From: the human T2T-CHM13v2.0 reference genome, Homo sapiens
Strand: one strand, 5' to 3'
Length of the DNA: 64,000 nt
Assembly: GCF_009914755.1 (NCBI RefSeq)
Contig: NC_060936.1
Shown here in pieces: positions 27,845 through 47,440 of this stretch. The notes beneath the pieces were generated by a model. That model was given only the letters and a program-made list of their open reading frames with translations. It did not search any database and was not told where the DNA came from. Each line of letters opens with the position of its first letter. The first letter of the stretch is position 1. A program made the translations under genes and the position numbers.

Positions 27845-29205
27845 CCCAACTTTCAATTTTGAAAAATTTTAAACTTACAAAAAGTTGAAAGAATAATACA
27901 AAGAATACCTGTATACCCTTCTATGTTTGCCACATTTGCTTGCTTAATCCTACCCCTTCTTTCTCTCTCCCCATAGACATGCACACACACACACAGACAT
28001 ACACACACACACACACACACACTTACATATCTTGAGCTGAAGTATCTCAAATTAGGTCTCAGACATCATGACACAATGACACATTATCCCTAAATACTTT
28101 GGCATGAGTATCCTAAGAATGAGATATTCTCCTTCATAACCCCATAATAACATTATCACAACAAATAAATTTAACAATTCAATATTATCATCTAATATAT
28201 AGTCCATCTTCAAATTTTCCTATTTGAGGCCAAAATGTCTTTTATAACTGCTTTTTTTCCTGATCCAGGATCTAATCAAGTTTTTAGCATTGCATTTTGT
28301 TGTTACGTTTCTTTAGTTTGTTTCAACATGTGCTAGACTCCTTGTCTTTTTGTTTTTGTTTTTCATAACACTATCTTTTTTAAAGAGCCTAGCCAGTTGT
28401 CATGTAAAATGTCTTTTCTACATCCCAAATATGTCTGGTTGTTCCTCATGGTTAGAGTCAGAATATTACAAGAGTATTACACAGACAATGCTGTATATTC
28501 CTTATCGCATCACCTAAGGTAACTTGTGTTATTTATTTATTTATTTATTTTTGAGATGGAGACTCACTCTGTCACCCAGGCTGGAGGGCAATGGCGCAAT
28601 CTTGGCTCATCACAACCTCCACCTCCCGGGTTCAAGTGATTCTCCTGCCTCAGCCTCCTGAGTAGCTGGGATTACAGGCACACACCACCACGCCTGGCTA
28701 ATTTTTGTACTTTTAGTAGAGATGGGGTTTTGCCACGTTGGCCAGGCTGGTCTCGAACTCCTGACCTCAGGTGATCTGCCTGCCTTTGCTTCCCAAAGTG
28801 CTAGGATTATAGGGGTGAGCCACCGTGCCCGGCCTAGCTTGTGTTATTGTTAGAGATGCTGAATTTGATCTATTGGTAAGGTAACTTTTCCCTGTGTAAC
28901 TAGTAGATAATCTGTGGAGTGATACTTTGAGACTGTGTGAATAACCAATTCTCTAATATATTTTTACCCAATAACTTTAGAATTTATGATTAATACTTGC
29001 CTAAATCAGTTATTAAATTGGGAGTTACAAAATAGTGATTTTTGAATTCTATCATTCTTTTTACATATTAGTTGGCATTCTTTAAAGAAAAGCTTTTTCT
29101 CCCACCCCACTCCCTTTATAATGCATGTATTTTTTTAATTCAACATATTACAACCCATTACAAACATTATTTGTTACAGTGCTCAAAATGTCCCAAATTT
29201 GGCTT
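27845..29205 (-). mobile_element. L1MC/L1ME 3' end relic containing (CA)n (27982-28022) and an Alu
   Basis: 'aaaattttaaacttacaaaaagttgaaagaataatac', 'tccaggatctaatcaag...gcattgcatt'. Confidence 0.75.
28534..28834 (-). mobile_element. AluS (Sq/Sx-like)
   Basis: Antisense dimer; TSD TA[A/G]CTTGTGTTATT at 28520-28533 and 28835-28848. Confidence 0.95.
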
Positions 29206-29249
29206 CCATTATTGAGTCTCAAAGACTCTAGATTTTATATCAAGGGAGA

Positions 29250-29945
29250 AAGCAAAATGTAGTGGGTAGAACCCAGGCTTTGGAGTCAGACAGCCTTTGG
29301 GAAGCTGCCACTTACTAACAGAGTGGCAATAAGCAAGTTTTAAAAATACATAGAGACTCAATTTCTTCACCTGCAAAAGAATGCTAATAATACCTACTTC
29401 CTAGATGGGAACCAAGCCTTCTGTTCCACTGTTATATCCCCAATATCTCAGTCACCTAGAAAGCACTTAATAGATACCTGATGACTTTGGAAAGCACCTA
29501 GAACAGCGCCAGTTATGCAATGGCAGCACAATAAATGAGCTGTTGTTGTTCATATTTATATAACACAATATGGCTTTATTAGTTAATTATTGAAGGCTTT
29601 TATGTGTGAACATTTGTACTGGCCATCAAGAAAGAACTGGAGGGTCAGGGAGACTACATCCAATTCAATTTAGCAATAATAATAATAATAATTATTGTCT
29701 TGACAATGATGAACATTTGTATAGTGTTTTCTATGGGACAGGTAGTGTGCTGAGCTCTTAATTAAGTCATTTATTCCTCTCAACAATCCTATAAGGCATT
29801 ATTATTATCCCCATTTTAAGATTAGGAAACTGAGGCCCAGAAAGGATAAGTAACTTGCCACATAGCCAGTCAGCAGTAGATCCATGATTTATCCACTGCC
29901 AATCTGGTTTCAGAAGTATTCTTGTACCCATTATGCTATGCTAAA
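29250..29945. mobile_element. MIR (+, ~29250-29550, with an L2 bit) and MIRb (-, ~29680-29945)
   Basis: 'caggctttggagtcagacag', 'cccattttaagattaggaaactgaggcccagaaagg'. Confidence 0.75.
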
Positions 29946-30463
29946 GAAAGAAAAGCTTTTAAAAATAAGGTAAATAAAAGCAGAAGGTGTTCTTTACACA
30001 GAAGAGCGTATGGTAGAGATTATGACATTTATTTAAAAGACACACGCACTTTACTGGCATAGAGTTGATAATGAAGATGTAAGGTTCTTATCCTAAAGTT
30101 CTACTGACATCATAATTTGTTTAAAAAAATTACATTTTGGAAGATGCTGAGGCTGTTGCAGATGAAGTTCTCATTTCCAGAACTTAAGGCACTAAAGCAA
30201 TTTAAGCCTTGGAAAATTAGAAGTAGACGCCAGCTCTTATCTTCATCTGGTGCTTTATGGCAGCCGCTCAGTGATATACAAAGCTATGTCTGAATAACCC
30301 ACCAGATGGTCCAGCTGTGAGAATGTTATTGTTTTCTACCGATTTGTATCATTCCCATGGCTTCGTAAGTTCTAGTTCTTGAACCTTCAAAAGACACCAC
30401 AACTTTTTCCTTAAGCTGTGAGAAAATAATATGTTTCCCAAATCCATCACAAAAGATTCATCA

Positions 30464-30912
<449 letters not shown>

Positions 30913-31639
30913 CTACCACTGTCAATTAGTTAATGCACTTTGTTAAAAATGATCCTTGTCTCTCAAAAGCCATTTTGTTATCTGTCTTTACACTCTTACC
31001 TTCTTCAGTATTATGTGGAATTGCTTGCCTGATGTTATTGGAGTGAGCATACTGGTCATTCACAGGCACTATATGTTCCCAACTATCTGTATCCTACAAG
31101 AAAGATGAGCAATAAGAACTCACACAGTGTGAATTATAGCCTAATAATTAGTATCTCCTGCGTTAGGAGATGCAAGGCTGAGGGCTATGCAGCCATTAAA
31201 ACAGTTAAGCATGAATTACCACACTATAATTCAGGGCCTGAAGGCTCTTCTATACATAGAAGCAGATGTCTCTTTTACTAGAAGAGGGAAGCCGGTAGTA
31301 ATCTGAAGCGGGGGAGGTGGTTTTTTGAAAAAATGCTGGCGTGACCCAGTTACTGCTACTGCACCCGGAAATAAGACATATAACACGCCTCTGAATTCCC
31401 CTGAAGCAGCCCTTGCATTGATCTTAGCCTTCATCAGCCTCCCTGTGGGTACCTGTGGGGCCAGCAATGGATCCCTGCATTTATCTAGCTTGAGCAATTT
31501 CCCCTTGTGCGTTTTTATTGTCTTACAATTAAAACCACAAAACACGCCCCTCACCCAGGACTCTACTAGAAGCTACATCTGAGTGTATCCCTCTGTATAC
31601 GTGTCCAAGAGTAAGCACCCCATGGTATTTCAAGGAAAG

Positions 31640-32177
31640 CAGGCACTCTAAAAACTTTTCAACACCTGGCCCTGCCTGTGTCTCAAACTTGGTCTCCCTG
31701 TACTCACTTCCTCTCTCACATTGTTCCAACCATACCTTCCACATTGCTCTTCCTCATGCCGGCCAAGTACATGTATATCAAGGGTATTTGTCCTTCCTTC
31801 TGCCTGGAAGACTCTTCCATCAGGTGTCTGCATGACTGAAGGAAAGAAAAGGAAAGATATGAAATAAGGAATAAAACAAGGACAGGAAAAGAAAGCCTCA
31901 GAGAGTCCTTTCCAGATCATAATTCATAAAAGCGTTCCATGCCATTTTTGTTTGTCTCTTTATCTGACATTATTTTACTTCCAAGCACTTACCACTACCT
32001 GGTATTAAGTTGTGTATTTATGTGTTGGGTCTGTCTCTTTCACTACATCGTAAGCTCCATGAAGTCAGTTTATTTAATTTTTTGTTCCCTGCTTTTTAGC
32101 CTCAAATTCTCAGCCCTTAGAAAAGAGCCTGACACATAGTAGGTCCTAAAATATTTGCTGAATGAAAGAATGAATTA
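31640..32177 (+). mobile_element. L2a 3' end
   Basis: 'cctgacacatagtaggtcctaaaatatttgctgaatgaaagaatgaat' terminus. Confidence 0.8.
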
Positions 32178-32194
32178 ATGCACTCCCAGTTTCA

Positions 32195-32627
<433 letters not shown>

Positions 32628-33323
32628 TCAAGTTCTTTCTTCACATGTACCTCCTTTCTACTTGAAATGACTAACTAGTTTGGGATGTGATGCAGGGGCA
32701 CATCTCCAAGGATTTGCTCTGGAAATGGACAAAATACTCGGGTGCCCCTCCACTTAAAGAAACTATAGGTTGTGTTGAAAAGCAAAGGTTCTCTAACCTG
32801 AGGCCTTTCTAAAATGTGAATTTTAAAGCATTAAAGAAAAGCTGCCATTTCAAAATTTCTTCTAGTTCTTAGTAGAGCTTACAAAGGAAACCCAAGAAAA
32901 CACATTAATGGGATTTTGACTATGAATAACAATGCACTGAGTTTATCCTGGAATAAGATTTTTGAGACTAAGGAAACTAAATTTCTCAGTATAATAACTA
33001 ACAAGAATTTTCTGTTTGCACCAAAATTACCAGAGGAAAGCCTTCTAGCCTTCTAGAGGAAGAAGCATGATGGGGAAGCAATGTTGTTCAGAGAAAGTGG
33101 GCACAATGAAAGGGTGACGGCTAAAGAAGGAAACACTAAGGAGAATACAAAAAGGAAATTATAGCCCCCTTTACCTATGCATGAAGATTCAAAAATCCTA
33201 AGTAAAATATTAGTGAACCAACTCTACAATGTTAAATATATTTAATACATAAAATATATTTAGTTGTCTTAGGATTCTCCAGAGAGACAGAATTGATAGG
33301 CTATATGTCTCTATATCCTATCG

Positions 33324-33374
<51 letters not shown>

Positions 33375-34522
33375 GAGAGAGAGATGAGAAGAGATTTATT
33401 AGGATAATAGTAATTAGTTCATTCCATTATGGAGTCAGAAATATCCCACAATAGGCTGTCTGCAAGCTGGAGAAGCAGAAAGCTAGTAGGGTGGCCCTGT
33501 CAAGTCTGAAATCATCAGATTAAGGAAGCAGGTAGCATGGCTCTCAGTTCGAGACCCAAAAGTTGTGGGCCTAGCTGGTCCCAGCCCCATAGTGTAAAAG
33601 CCTGAGAACTTGGAGTCCTGACATCCAAGGTCAAGAAAGGAAGGACATCCTGGCTCCAGAAGAAAGAGAGAGCAAGAATTTGTCCTTCCTCTTCCTTTTT
33701 GTTCCATCTGGGTCCCCAGACAAATGGATGGTGCCTGTGTCTATTGAGTGTGAATCTTCCCCACTTAGTCTTCCAACTCACATACCAATCTCCTCTGGAA
33801 ATCGCCTCACAGACATGCCTGGGGCAGCCCAGTGAAAAGGCCAGTAAAAGGCCAAACCACCTGGGTTGCCCTTTCAGCAGAAGAGGGATGGGCTCAGTGC
33901 CTGGTGAAGCATTGAGGAGAAGTAGTGCAATGATTAAGAATAAATGATACCTAACCAGCTATCTGGGAATCCCTTAATTCAGTCAAGTTGACACCCAAAA
34001 TCAACCATCGGTATTGTAAATTTTAGCTCCAGATCAACTGCAAGAATAGACCAGCAATCCTGAGAGGACCCACAAACCCTCTGAAGGAAGCAGACTGCTC
34101 CTGCAGGAACTGGGAGACACCCCAAATACTGTGAGTGCCCCAAACGCGGAAGTGGGAAAGGGAGACCCTCCTCTCCCGAACACACACACCCACTGGAGAA
34201 ACTGAAGATGTGTTTGCAGAAGTTCCCGAGTTTACCTGGAGCTGAGTCAAGTTAGAGAGCTCAGCCGAGCGAAATACAAGGGTAGAGGAAGTAGCAGAAA
34301 GGCACTGGGAGCTTGCTGGATCCCTAAGCAGCCCATTCTTGCCTGGCACCACAGGGATCCATCAGGAGAATGGCCAGAGGAGCAGGGGGAAAACTCCACA
34401 GGGTGAAGGACTTCTCTAGCAGAAGTTTGTAACAATTTGAACAGGGTGAGAAGCCTCCTGGCCAGAACTCGAGGGAGGGCGTGATTCCAGCTTGCAGACT
34501 TCACAGGCAGAGGAAGAACTAA

Positions 34523-34919
<397 letters not shown>

Positions 34920-36375
34920 TGAAAACAGACTCAGAGCTGTTGTGGGGGACATGGTGGGAGTGAGACTGGCCCTTCAGTTTGCCTGGGAGCTGGGCGAGGC
35001 CTGTGACTGCCGGCTTTCCCCCATTTCCCTGACAACCTGCATGACTCAGCAGAGGCAGCCATAATCCTCCTGGGTACACAACTCCAGTCACCTGGGAATC
35101 TTACCCCCATCCCTCACAGCAGCTGCAGCAAGACTCGCCCAAGGAGAGTCTGAGCTCAGACAAGCCTAGCCCTGCCCCACCCACCTCCTGATGGTCCTTC
35201 CCTACCCACTCTGGTAGCAGAAGACAAAGGACATATAATCTTGGAAGTTCTAGGGCCCTGCCCACCTCTGGTCCCTCTCCACACTACTACAGCTGATGCT
35301 TTCTGGAAAGTGCCACCTCCTGGCAGGAGGCCAACCAGCACAAAAATAGAGCACTAAACCACCAAAGCTAAGGATCCCCATGGAGTTCATTGCACCCTCT
35401 GTCACCTCCACCAGAACAGGCGCTAGTATCCATGACTGAGAGACCCATAGACGGTTCACATCACAGGACTCTGTGCAGACAACCCCCAGTACCAGCCTGG
35501 AGCCAAGTAGACTTGCTGGGTGGCTAGACCCAGAAGAGAGACAATAATCACTGCAGTTCAGCTCACACGAAGCCACTTCCACAGGAAAAGGAGGAGAGTA
35601 CTACATCAAGGGAAGACCCTGTGGGACAAAAGAATCTGAACAACAGCCTTCGGCCCTAGACCTTCCCTCTGACAGAAGGAAGCCAAATGAGAAGGAACCA
35701 GAAATGAGAAGGAACCAGAAAACCAGCCCTGGTAATATGACAAACAAGGTTTGTCAACACCCCCCAAAAATCACACTAGTTCACCAGCAATAAATCTAAA
35801 CCAAGAAGAAACCCCTGATTTACCTGAAAAAAGAATTCAGGAGGTTAGTTATTAAGCTAATCAGGGAGGGATCTGAGAAAGGCAAAGCCCAATGCAAGGA
35901 AATCCAAAAAATGATATAAGAAGTGAAGGGATAAATATTCAATGTAATAGATAGCTTAAAGAAAAAACAATAAAAAAATCAGGAATCTTTGGACACACTT
36001 TTAGAAATGTGAAATGCTCTGGTAAGTCTCAGCAATAGAATTGAGCAAGTAGAAAAAAGAAATTCAGAGCTCGAAGACAAGGTCTTTGAATTAACCCAAT
36101 CCAACAAAGACAAAGAAAACAGAATAAGAAAATATGAACAAAGTCTCCAAGAAGTCTGGGATTATGTTAAACAACCAAACCTAAAAATAATCAGTGTTCC
36201 TGAGGAAGAAGACAATTCTAAAAGCTTGGAAAACATATTTGGGGGAATAATCAAGGAAAACTTACCCAGCCTTGCTAGAGACCCAGATATCCAAATACAA
36301 GAAACACAAAGAACACCTGGGAAATTCATCACAAAAAGATCTTCACCTAGGCACATTGTCATCAGGTTATCCAAA

Positions 36376-36852
36376 GTTTATAGCAGCACTATTCACAATA
36401 GCAAAGACTTGGAACCAACCTAAATGTCCAACAACGATAGACTGGATTAAGAAAATGTGGCACATATACACCATGGAATACTATGCAGCCATAAAAAATG
36501 ATGAGTTCATGTCCTTTGTAGGGACATGGATGAAACTGGAAACCATCATTCTCAGCAAACTATCGCAAGGACAAAAAACCAAACACCGCATGTTCTCACT
36601 CATAGGTGGGAATTGAACAATGAGAACACATGGACACAGGAAGGAGAACATCACACAGCAGGGACTGTTGTGGGGTGGGGGGAGGGGGGAGGGATAGCAT
36701 TAGGAGATATACCTAATGCTAAATGATGAGTTAATGGGTGCAGCACACCAACATATCGCATGTATACATATGTAACAAACCTGCACGTTGTGCACATGTA
36801 CCCTACAACTTAAAGTATAATAATAATACTAAAATAAAATTTAAAAAAAAAG
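36376..36852 (+). mobile_element. 5'-truncated L1PA (L1PA4-like) inserted in L1PB ORF1
   Basis: TSD CAAAGTT at 36372-36378 and 36853-36859; host ORF1 resumes after it. Confidence 0.93.
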
Positions 36853-39800
36853 CAAAGTTAAGACAAAGGAAAGAATCTTAAGAGCTGTGAGACACAAGCA
36901 CCAGGTAAACTATAAAGGAAAACCTATCAGATTAACAGCAGATTTCTCAGCAGAAATCCTACAAGCTAGAAGGGATTGGGGCCCTATCTTCAGCCTCCTC
37001 AAACAAAACAATTATCAGCCAAGAATTTTGTATCCAGTAAAACTAAGCATCATATATGAGGGAAAGATATAGTCGTTTTCAGACAAACAAATGCTGAGAG
37101 AATTCACCATTACCAAGCCACTACGAGAACTGCTAAAAGGTGCTCTAAATCTTGAAACAAATCCTGGAAACACATCAAAACAGATTCTCTTTAAAGTATA
37201 AATCACACAGGACCTATAAAACAAAAATACGAGTTAAAAAAACAAAAACAAAAAACAAAGTATGCAGGCAAAAAAGAGCATGATGAATGCAATGGTACCT
37301 CACATTTCAATAATGACATTGAATGTAAACAGCTTAAATGCTCCACAGAACCACAGAATGGATAAGAACTCACCAACCATCTGCTGTCTTCAGGAGACTC
37401 ACCTAACACATAAGAACTCACATAAACTTAAAGGGGTGGAAAAAGGCATTTCATGCAAATGGACACCAAAAGTGAGCAGGGGTAGCTATTCTTATATCAG
37501 ACAAAAAAAATTTAAAGCAACAGCGGTTAAAAGAGACAAAGAGGGATATTACATAATGGTAAAAGGCCTGGTCCAACAGGAAAACATCACAATCCTAAAC
37601 ATACATGCACCTAACACTGGAGCTCCCAAATGTATAAAACAATTACTAACAGACCTAAGAAACGAGAAAGGCAGCAACACCATAATAGTGAGGGACTTCA
37701 ATATTCCACTGACAGCACTAGACAGGTCATAAAGACAGAAAGTCAACAAAGAAACAATGGATTTAAACTATACTCAACCTAAACAAATGGACTTAACAGA
37801 TATATACAGAACATTTCAAACAACAACCGCAGAATACACATTCTATTCAACTGCACATGGAACTTTCCCAAGATAGACCATATGATAGGCCATAAAACAA
37901 GCCTCAATAAATTTAAGAAAATTGAAATAATATCAAGCACTCTCTCTGACTACAGTGGAATAAACTGGAAATCAACTCCAAAGGGAACCTTTGAAACCAT
38001 GCAACTACATGGAAATTAAGTAACCTGCTCCTGAAGGAGCACTGGGCCAAAAACAAAATCAAGATGGAAATTAAAAACATTCTTTGAATTGAATGACAAT
38101 AACAGCACAACCTATCAAAACCTCTGGGAGCAGCTAACGTGGTGCAAAGAGGAAAGTTCATAGCCCTAAATGCCTACATCAAAAAGTCTGAAAGAGCACA
38201 AACAGACAATCTAAGGTCACACCTCAAGGAACTCCAGAAGCAAGAACAAACCAAACCCAAACCCAGCAGAAGGAAGGAAATAACCAAGATCAGAGCAGCA
38301 CTAAATGAAATTGAAACAAACAAAACAAACAAAATACAAAAGACAAATGAAACAAAAAGCCGGTTCTTTGAAAAGATAAATAAAATTAATAGATCATTAG
38401 CAAGATTAACCAAGAAAAGAAGAGAGAAAATCCAAATAACCTCACTGAGAAATGAAACAGAAGATATTACAACTGATACCACTGAAATGCAAAAGTATAT
38501 TCAAGGCTACTATGAACACCTTTATGCACATAAACTAGAAAACCTAGAAAAGACGGATAAATTCCTTGAAAAATGCAACCCTCCTAGCTTAAATCAGGAA
38601 GAATTAGATACCCTGAACAGACCAATAACAAACAGCAAGATTGAAATGGTAATTTAAAAATTACCAACAAAAAAATGTCCAGGACCAAACAGATTCACAG
38701 CAGAATTCCATCAGACTTTCAAAAAAGAATTGGTAATAATCCTTTTGACACTATTCCGCAAGATAGAGAAAGAAGGAGCCCTCCCTAATTCATTCTATGA
38801 AGGCAGCATCACCCTAATACCAAAACCAGGAAAAGACACAACTAAAAAAGAGAACTACAGACCAATATCCTTGATGAAAGTAGATGCTAAAATCCTTAAC
38901 TAAATACTTGCTAACCAAATCCAACAACATATCAAAAAGATAATCCACCATGATCAGATGGGTTTCATACCAGGGATGCAGGGATGGTTTAACATATGCA
39001 AATCAATAAATGTGATACACCACATAAACAGAATTAAAAACAAAAATCACATGATCATCTCAATAGGTGCAGAAAAAGCATTTGACAAAATCTAGCATTG
39101 CTTTATGATTAAAACCCTTAGCAAAATCAGCATACAAGGGACATACTTTCATGTAATAAAATCCATCTATGACAAACCCACAGCCAACATAATACTGAAT
39201 GGTTCTTCACAGAGTTAGAAAAAACAATTCTAAAATTCATATGGAACCAAAAAAGAGCCCACATAGCCAAAGAAAGACTAAGCAAAAAGAACAAATCTAG
39301 AGGCATCACACTACCTGATTTCAAACTATACTTCAAGGCCATAGTCACCAAAACAGCATTGTATGGTATAAAAATAGGCACATAGACCAATGGAACAGAA
39401 TAGAGAACCCAGAAATAAATCCAGATACTTACAGCGAACCAATCTTTGACAAAGCAAACAAAAACATAAAGTGGGGAAAGGACACACTTTTCAACAAATG
39501 GTGCTGGGATAGTTGACTAGCCACATGTAGGAGAATGAAGCTGGATCCTTATCTCTCACCTTATACAAAAATCAACTTAAGATGGATTAAGGACTTAAAC
39601 CTAAGACCTGAAACTATAAAAATTCTAGAAGATAACATTGGAAAAACCCTTCTAGACATTGGCTTAGGCAAGGATTTCATGACCAAAACCTCAAAAGCAA
39701 ATGCAATAAAAACAAAGATAAATGGCTGGGACCTAATTAAACTAAAGAGCTTTCACACGGTAAAAGGAACAGTCAGCAGAGTAAATAGACAACCCACAGA

Positions 39801-40819
39801 GTGGCAGAAAATCTTCACAATCTATATATCTGACAAAGGACTAATAGCCAAAATCTACAATGAACTCAAACAAATCAGTAAGAAAAAAACAATCTCAACA
39901 AAAAGGGGGCTAAGGATATGAAGAGACAGTTCTCAAAAGAAGATATACAAATGACCAACAAACATGAAAAAATGCTCAACATCACTAATGATCGGGGAAA
40001 TGCAAATGTAAACCATAATGCGATACCATGTTACTCCTGCAAAAATGGCCATAATCAAAAAATCAAAAAACAGTAGATGTTGGCATGGATGTGGCAATCA
40101 GAGAACACTTCTACACTGCTGGTGGGAATGTCAACTAGTACAGCCGCTATGGAAAACAGTGTGGAGTTTCCTTAAAGAACTAGAAGTAGAACTACCATTT
40201 GATCTAGCAATCCCACTACTGGGTATCATCCCAGAGAAAAAGAAGTCATTATTCAAAAAAGATACTTGCACATGCATGTTTATAGCAGCACAATTCACAA
40301 CTGCAAAATTGTGGAACCAACCCAAATGTTCATCAATCGAGTGGATAAAGAAACTGTGGAATATATATATGATGGAATACTACTGAGCCATGAAAAGGAA
40401 TGAATTAACAGCATTTGCAATGACCTGGATGAGACTGAAGACTATCATTCTAAGTGAAGTAACTCAGGAATGGAAAACCAAACATTGTATGTTTTCACTG
40501 GTACGTGGGAGATAAGCTATGAGGATGCAAAGGCATAAGAATGATACAATGGACTTTTGGGGATTTAGGGGGAAGACTTGGAGGGGGGTAAGGGATAAAA
40601 GACAACACATATGGTGCAGTATATAATGCTCAGCTGATGGGCACACTAGGATCTCACAAATCACCACTAAGGAATTTACTCATGTAACAAATACCTCAAT
40701 AACTTATGCAAAAAAAAAAGAGTAAAAAAAACCCCCACAAAATCAACCATCACATTAGTTAATTAATAAAATATATTGCATAGCCTAATAAATAAGTTAA
40801 TTAAGAATTATACATGATA

Positions 40820-41126
<307 letters not shown>

Positions 41127-41304
41127 AAGAATTATACATCATAATCAAGAATGTAAGGAACATCATCAGAAAATCAGTATCAGAAAATATATTAAATTCT
41201 ATATTTCTTTTAAAATAAATAAAAATAAAAATAAAAATATAGTATTGTAATTTGTGGTATTAATAAACTAAAGGAGAAAATGATAATAATAAAATAATTT
41301 ATTC

Positions 41305-41586
41305 GGCCAGGCACGGTGGCTCATGCCTGTAATCCCAGCACTTTGGGAGGCTGAGGTGGCGGATCAAGAGGTCAGGAGTTTGAGACCAGCCTGACCAACA
41401 TGGTAAAACCTCGTCTCTACTAAAAATACAAAAATTAGTGGGACATGTTGGTGCGCACCTGTAATCCCAGCTACTCAGGAGGCTAAGGCAGGAGAATCAC
41501 TTGAACCCAGGAGGCCGAGGTTGCAGTGAGCCCAGATCAGGCCACTGCACTCCAGCCTGGGCGACAGAGCAAGACTCCATCTCAAA

Positions 41587-41627
<41 letters not shown>
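41305..41627 (+). mobile_element. AluSg-like with (TAAA)n tail
   Basis: TSD AAATAATT[T/G]ATTC at 41292-41304 and 41628-41640. Confidence 0.92.
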
Positions 41628-41635
<8 letters not shown>

Positions 41636-41879
41636 GATTCAGAAAAACATTTGATGAGGTTCAGTGTCCATTAAAAAAATGTTAGAAATAGTAAAGAACA
41701 TCCTTTGTAAAATGTATTAATATATACCCAAACCCTAAATATTATAATTCATGAAAAAACTTTATATGCATAACTTTTATGATTAGGGAAAAGATAAGGA
41801 TAGCATTGTTATCCACACTGTTCAATACAGTATTGGAGGTTGTGACCAATGTGATAAGGAAAGAAAAATAAGAAAAGTG

Positions 41880-45730
<3,851 letters not shown>

Positions 45731-47224
45731 GATTACCTAAGGTTTTATTTTTAGGGCGAATGCAACACTCTCATGGTTTCTACATCCTAGTTGGATGCCA
45801 GAAATTCTAATATTCATTTTTAGATAGCTTCCTGGTCTATGCTATAATTTCCCAATTGGTCTCTAACTTTCAGTAAAAGTTCATTACATTCTATAGCATT
45901 GATAGAGGGGCTTTTGCAAAGGAGGAAAGAAGAACATGTTTGGGATGCAGCAGTAAAAAGAGGCCAGTATTTCTAGACTTGTATTTCTACATAAAGAAAG
46001 TTTTTAAAAGTTAAAAAAATAAAGAGGCCAGTAGCTCACAAGCAAGAGGTGATCAAGATTATGTTGACAGCAGGTATTTGTAATTAAGGGTGAAAGGCAA
46101 CCACCAGGAGCATACAAGCACTTTTTCCCATACTGAGGAGAATTTGGGAAGTACCTTTAACTTTCCACAGTTATGAGTAAACGAGAGTTCAATGAATTAC
46201 ATGTGGCTACTAAAGGAAAGAATGATCAGGGATTACTATGAGGACTTAGACTATCCGGATTATAGGGATATAGCTAAATCATTACATCTGTTTGTCATCA
46301 AACCTAATACAATAACTTCGACCTATTAAAAGTGGGAGATTAAGCTCTTTACACAGAAAAAGTTAATACTAAAATCTGGAGTTTACTTAGGTTCCCATTT
46401 TCACCACAGTACTTAGCTGAGTTACCTGAATTGTAACACAACAGAGAAAAAAAGGACTTAGAATGTTTTGATGCCTTCTTTCTTAAAAAAAAAAAAAGAT
46501 ACAAGTTGGCTTTCTGTGTTATCCTATTTATTAAGTATTCTGATAAGGGAGCCCAAGTTTTAATTTTTATCATTATTGTCAAGGGGGAAGGGGATCAAAT
46601 TTTAGAGGCCATCTCAGTGCCTGAGTAATTTTTTCCAATCCAGCAAGATCAGATGGTCTGATTGCCTTGCTCAGTGTTTCTGGTAGAAAAGGCAATTTTC
46701 AAGACTGAAATAGCAATTTCTTAGCCATCACTGGAGCTCTTAAAATCCATTTTTTAAACTCCCGTAGACTTCCATGTGTAAATGAAAGAAGACTCCTGGA
46801 AATACACATTTTTCTATTTTGAGAGATAACTCACTCAAGCATAAAGTTAATACAATTTATTACACCAAAAGTAAAGTTGCATTAGAGTGAGCTCATAACA
46901 GATGAGTAAACACACTTCACAAGAGTGGGGTTGGCATGTCTGCTATCCTTAGTTTGTCTTCTTCAGCTTGGATGCCTTCTAAATGTCTTATTCTTACATC
47001 GGTCCTGTTGGCAGAGGAGAGTTCTGTCCTTGTTAGAGAGGTGTTTGGAAACACCTTTAGACCTTTGAAAAATTCAGCACTAACACTAAGATGGGTCACT
47101 AGCCTTTGCTTATTCTGAGGGAAAGAAAGCCTTCAATTAGTATTTTAAAGTGAAAGTGATAAAATCAAATTGAAGGGTGCCTGAGTCGGGCTACTCTCAT
47201 TTATATCATATGTTTAATGAAAAC

Positions 47225-47440
47225 ATACTAACTCTGTGACCTCAGGCAAAGGGGTTAACTTCTTTGAGCCTCGTTTTTTTCATACAGAATGAAAATTTTA
47301 ATAAACCATGCCTTACCCATGGAATTGTGAGAAAACTTGTAAGCAAAGCATTTAGCAGAGTGCCTAGCACACAGTACACATGTAGTAAAGACTGGATTTT
47401 TATCATCATCATCATCATCATCATTATCATCATTACTACT
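47225..47440 (+). mobile_element. MIR with an (ATC)n tail
   Basis: 'tgtgacctcaggcaa...ttaacttctttgagcctcg', 'gcatttagcagagtgcctagcacacagta'. Confidence 0.8.

Noticed and set aside
33820-33945. Apparent foreign insert in the MLT2 LTR
   Set aside because: Resembles the longer internal segment I recall in MLT2B4/B5 consensuses
36226-36616. Apparent ORF1/ORF2 chimeric ORFs
   Set aside because: Artefact of the L1PA insertion into L1PB ORF1; the ORF1 and ORF2 parts are in different frames
37262-40386. L1 ORF2 fragments as an active element
   Set aside because: Many stops and frameshifts, and the RT core is deleted
46642-46675. Hairpin AGCAAG-ATCAGA-tgg-TCTGAT-tgc-CTTGCT as a small RNA
   Set aside because: Too short and bulged for a pre-miRNA; no snoRNA or tRNA motifs
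46917-47118. Overlapping 60-aa ORFs on both strands
   Set aside because: No recognisable protein and no clear splice sites
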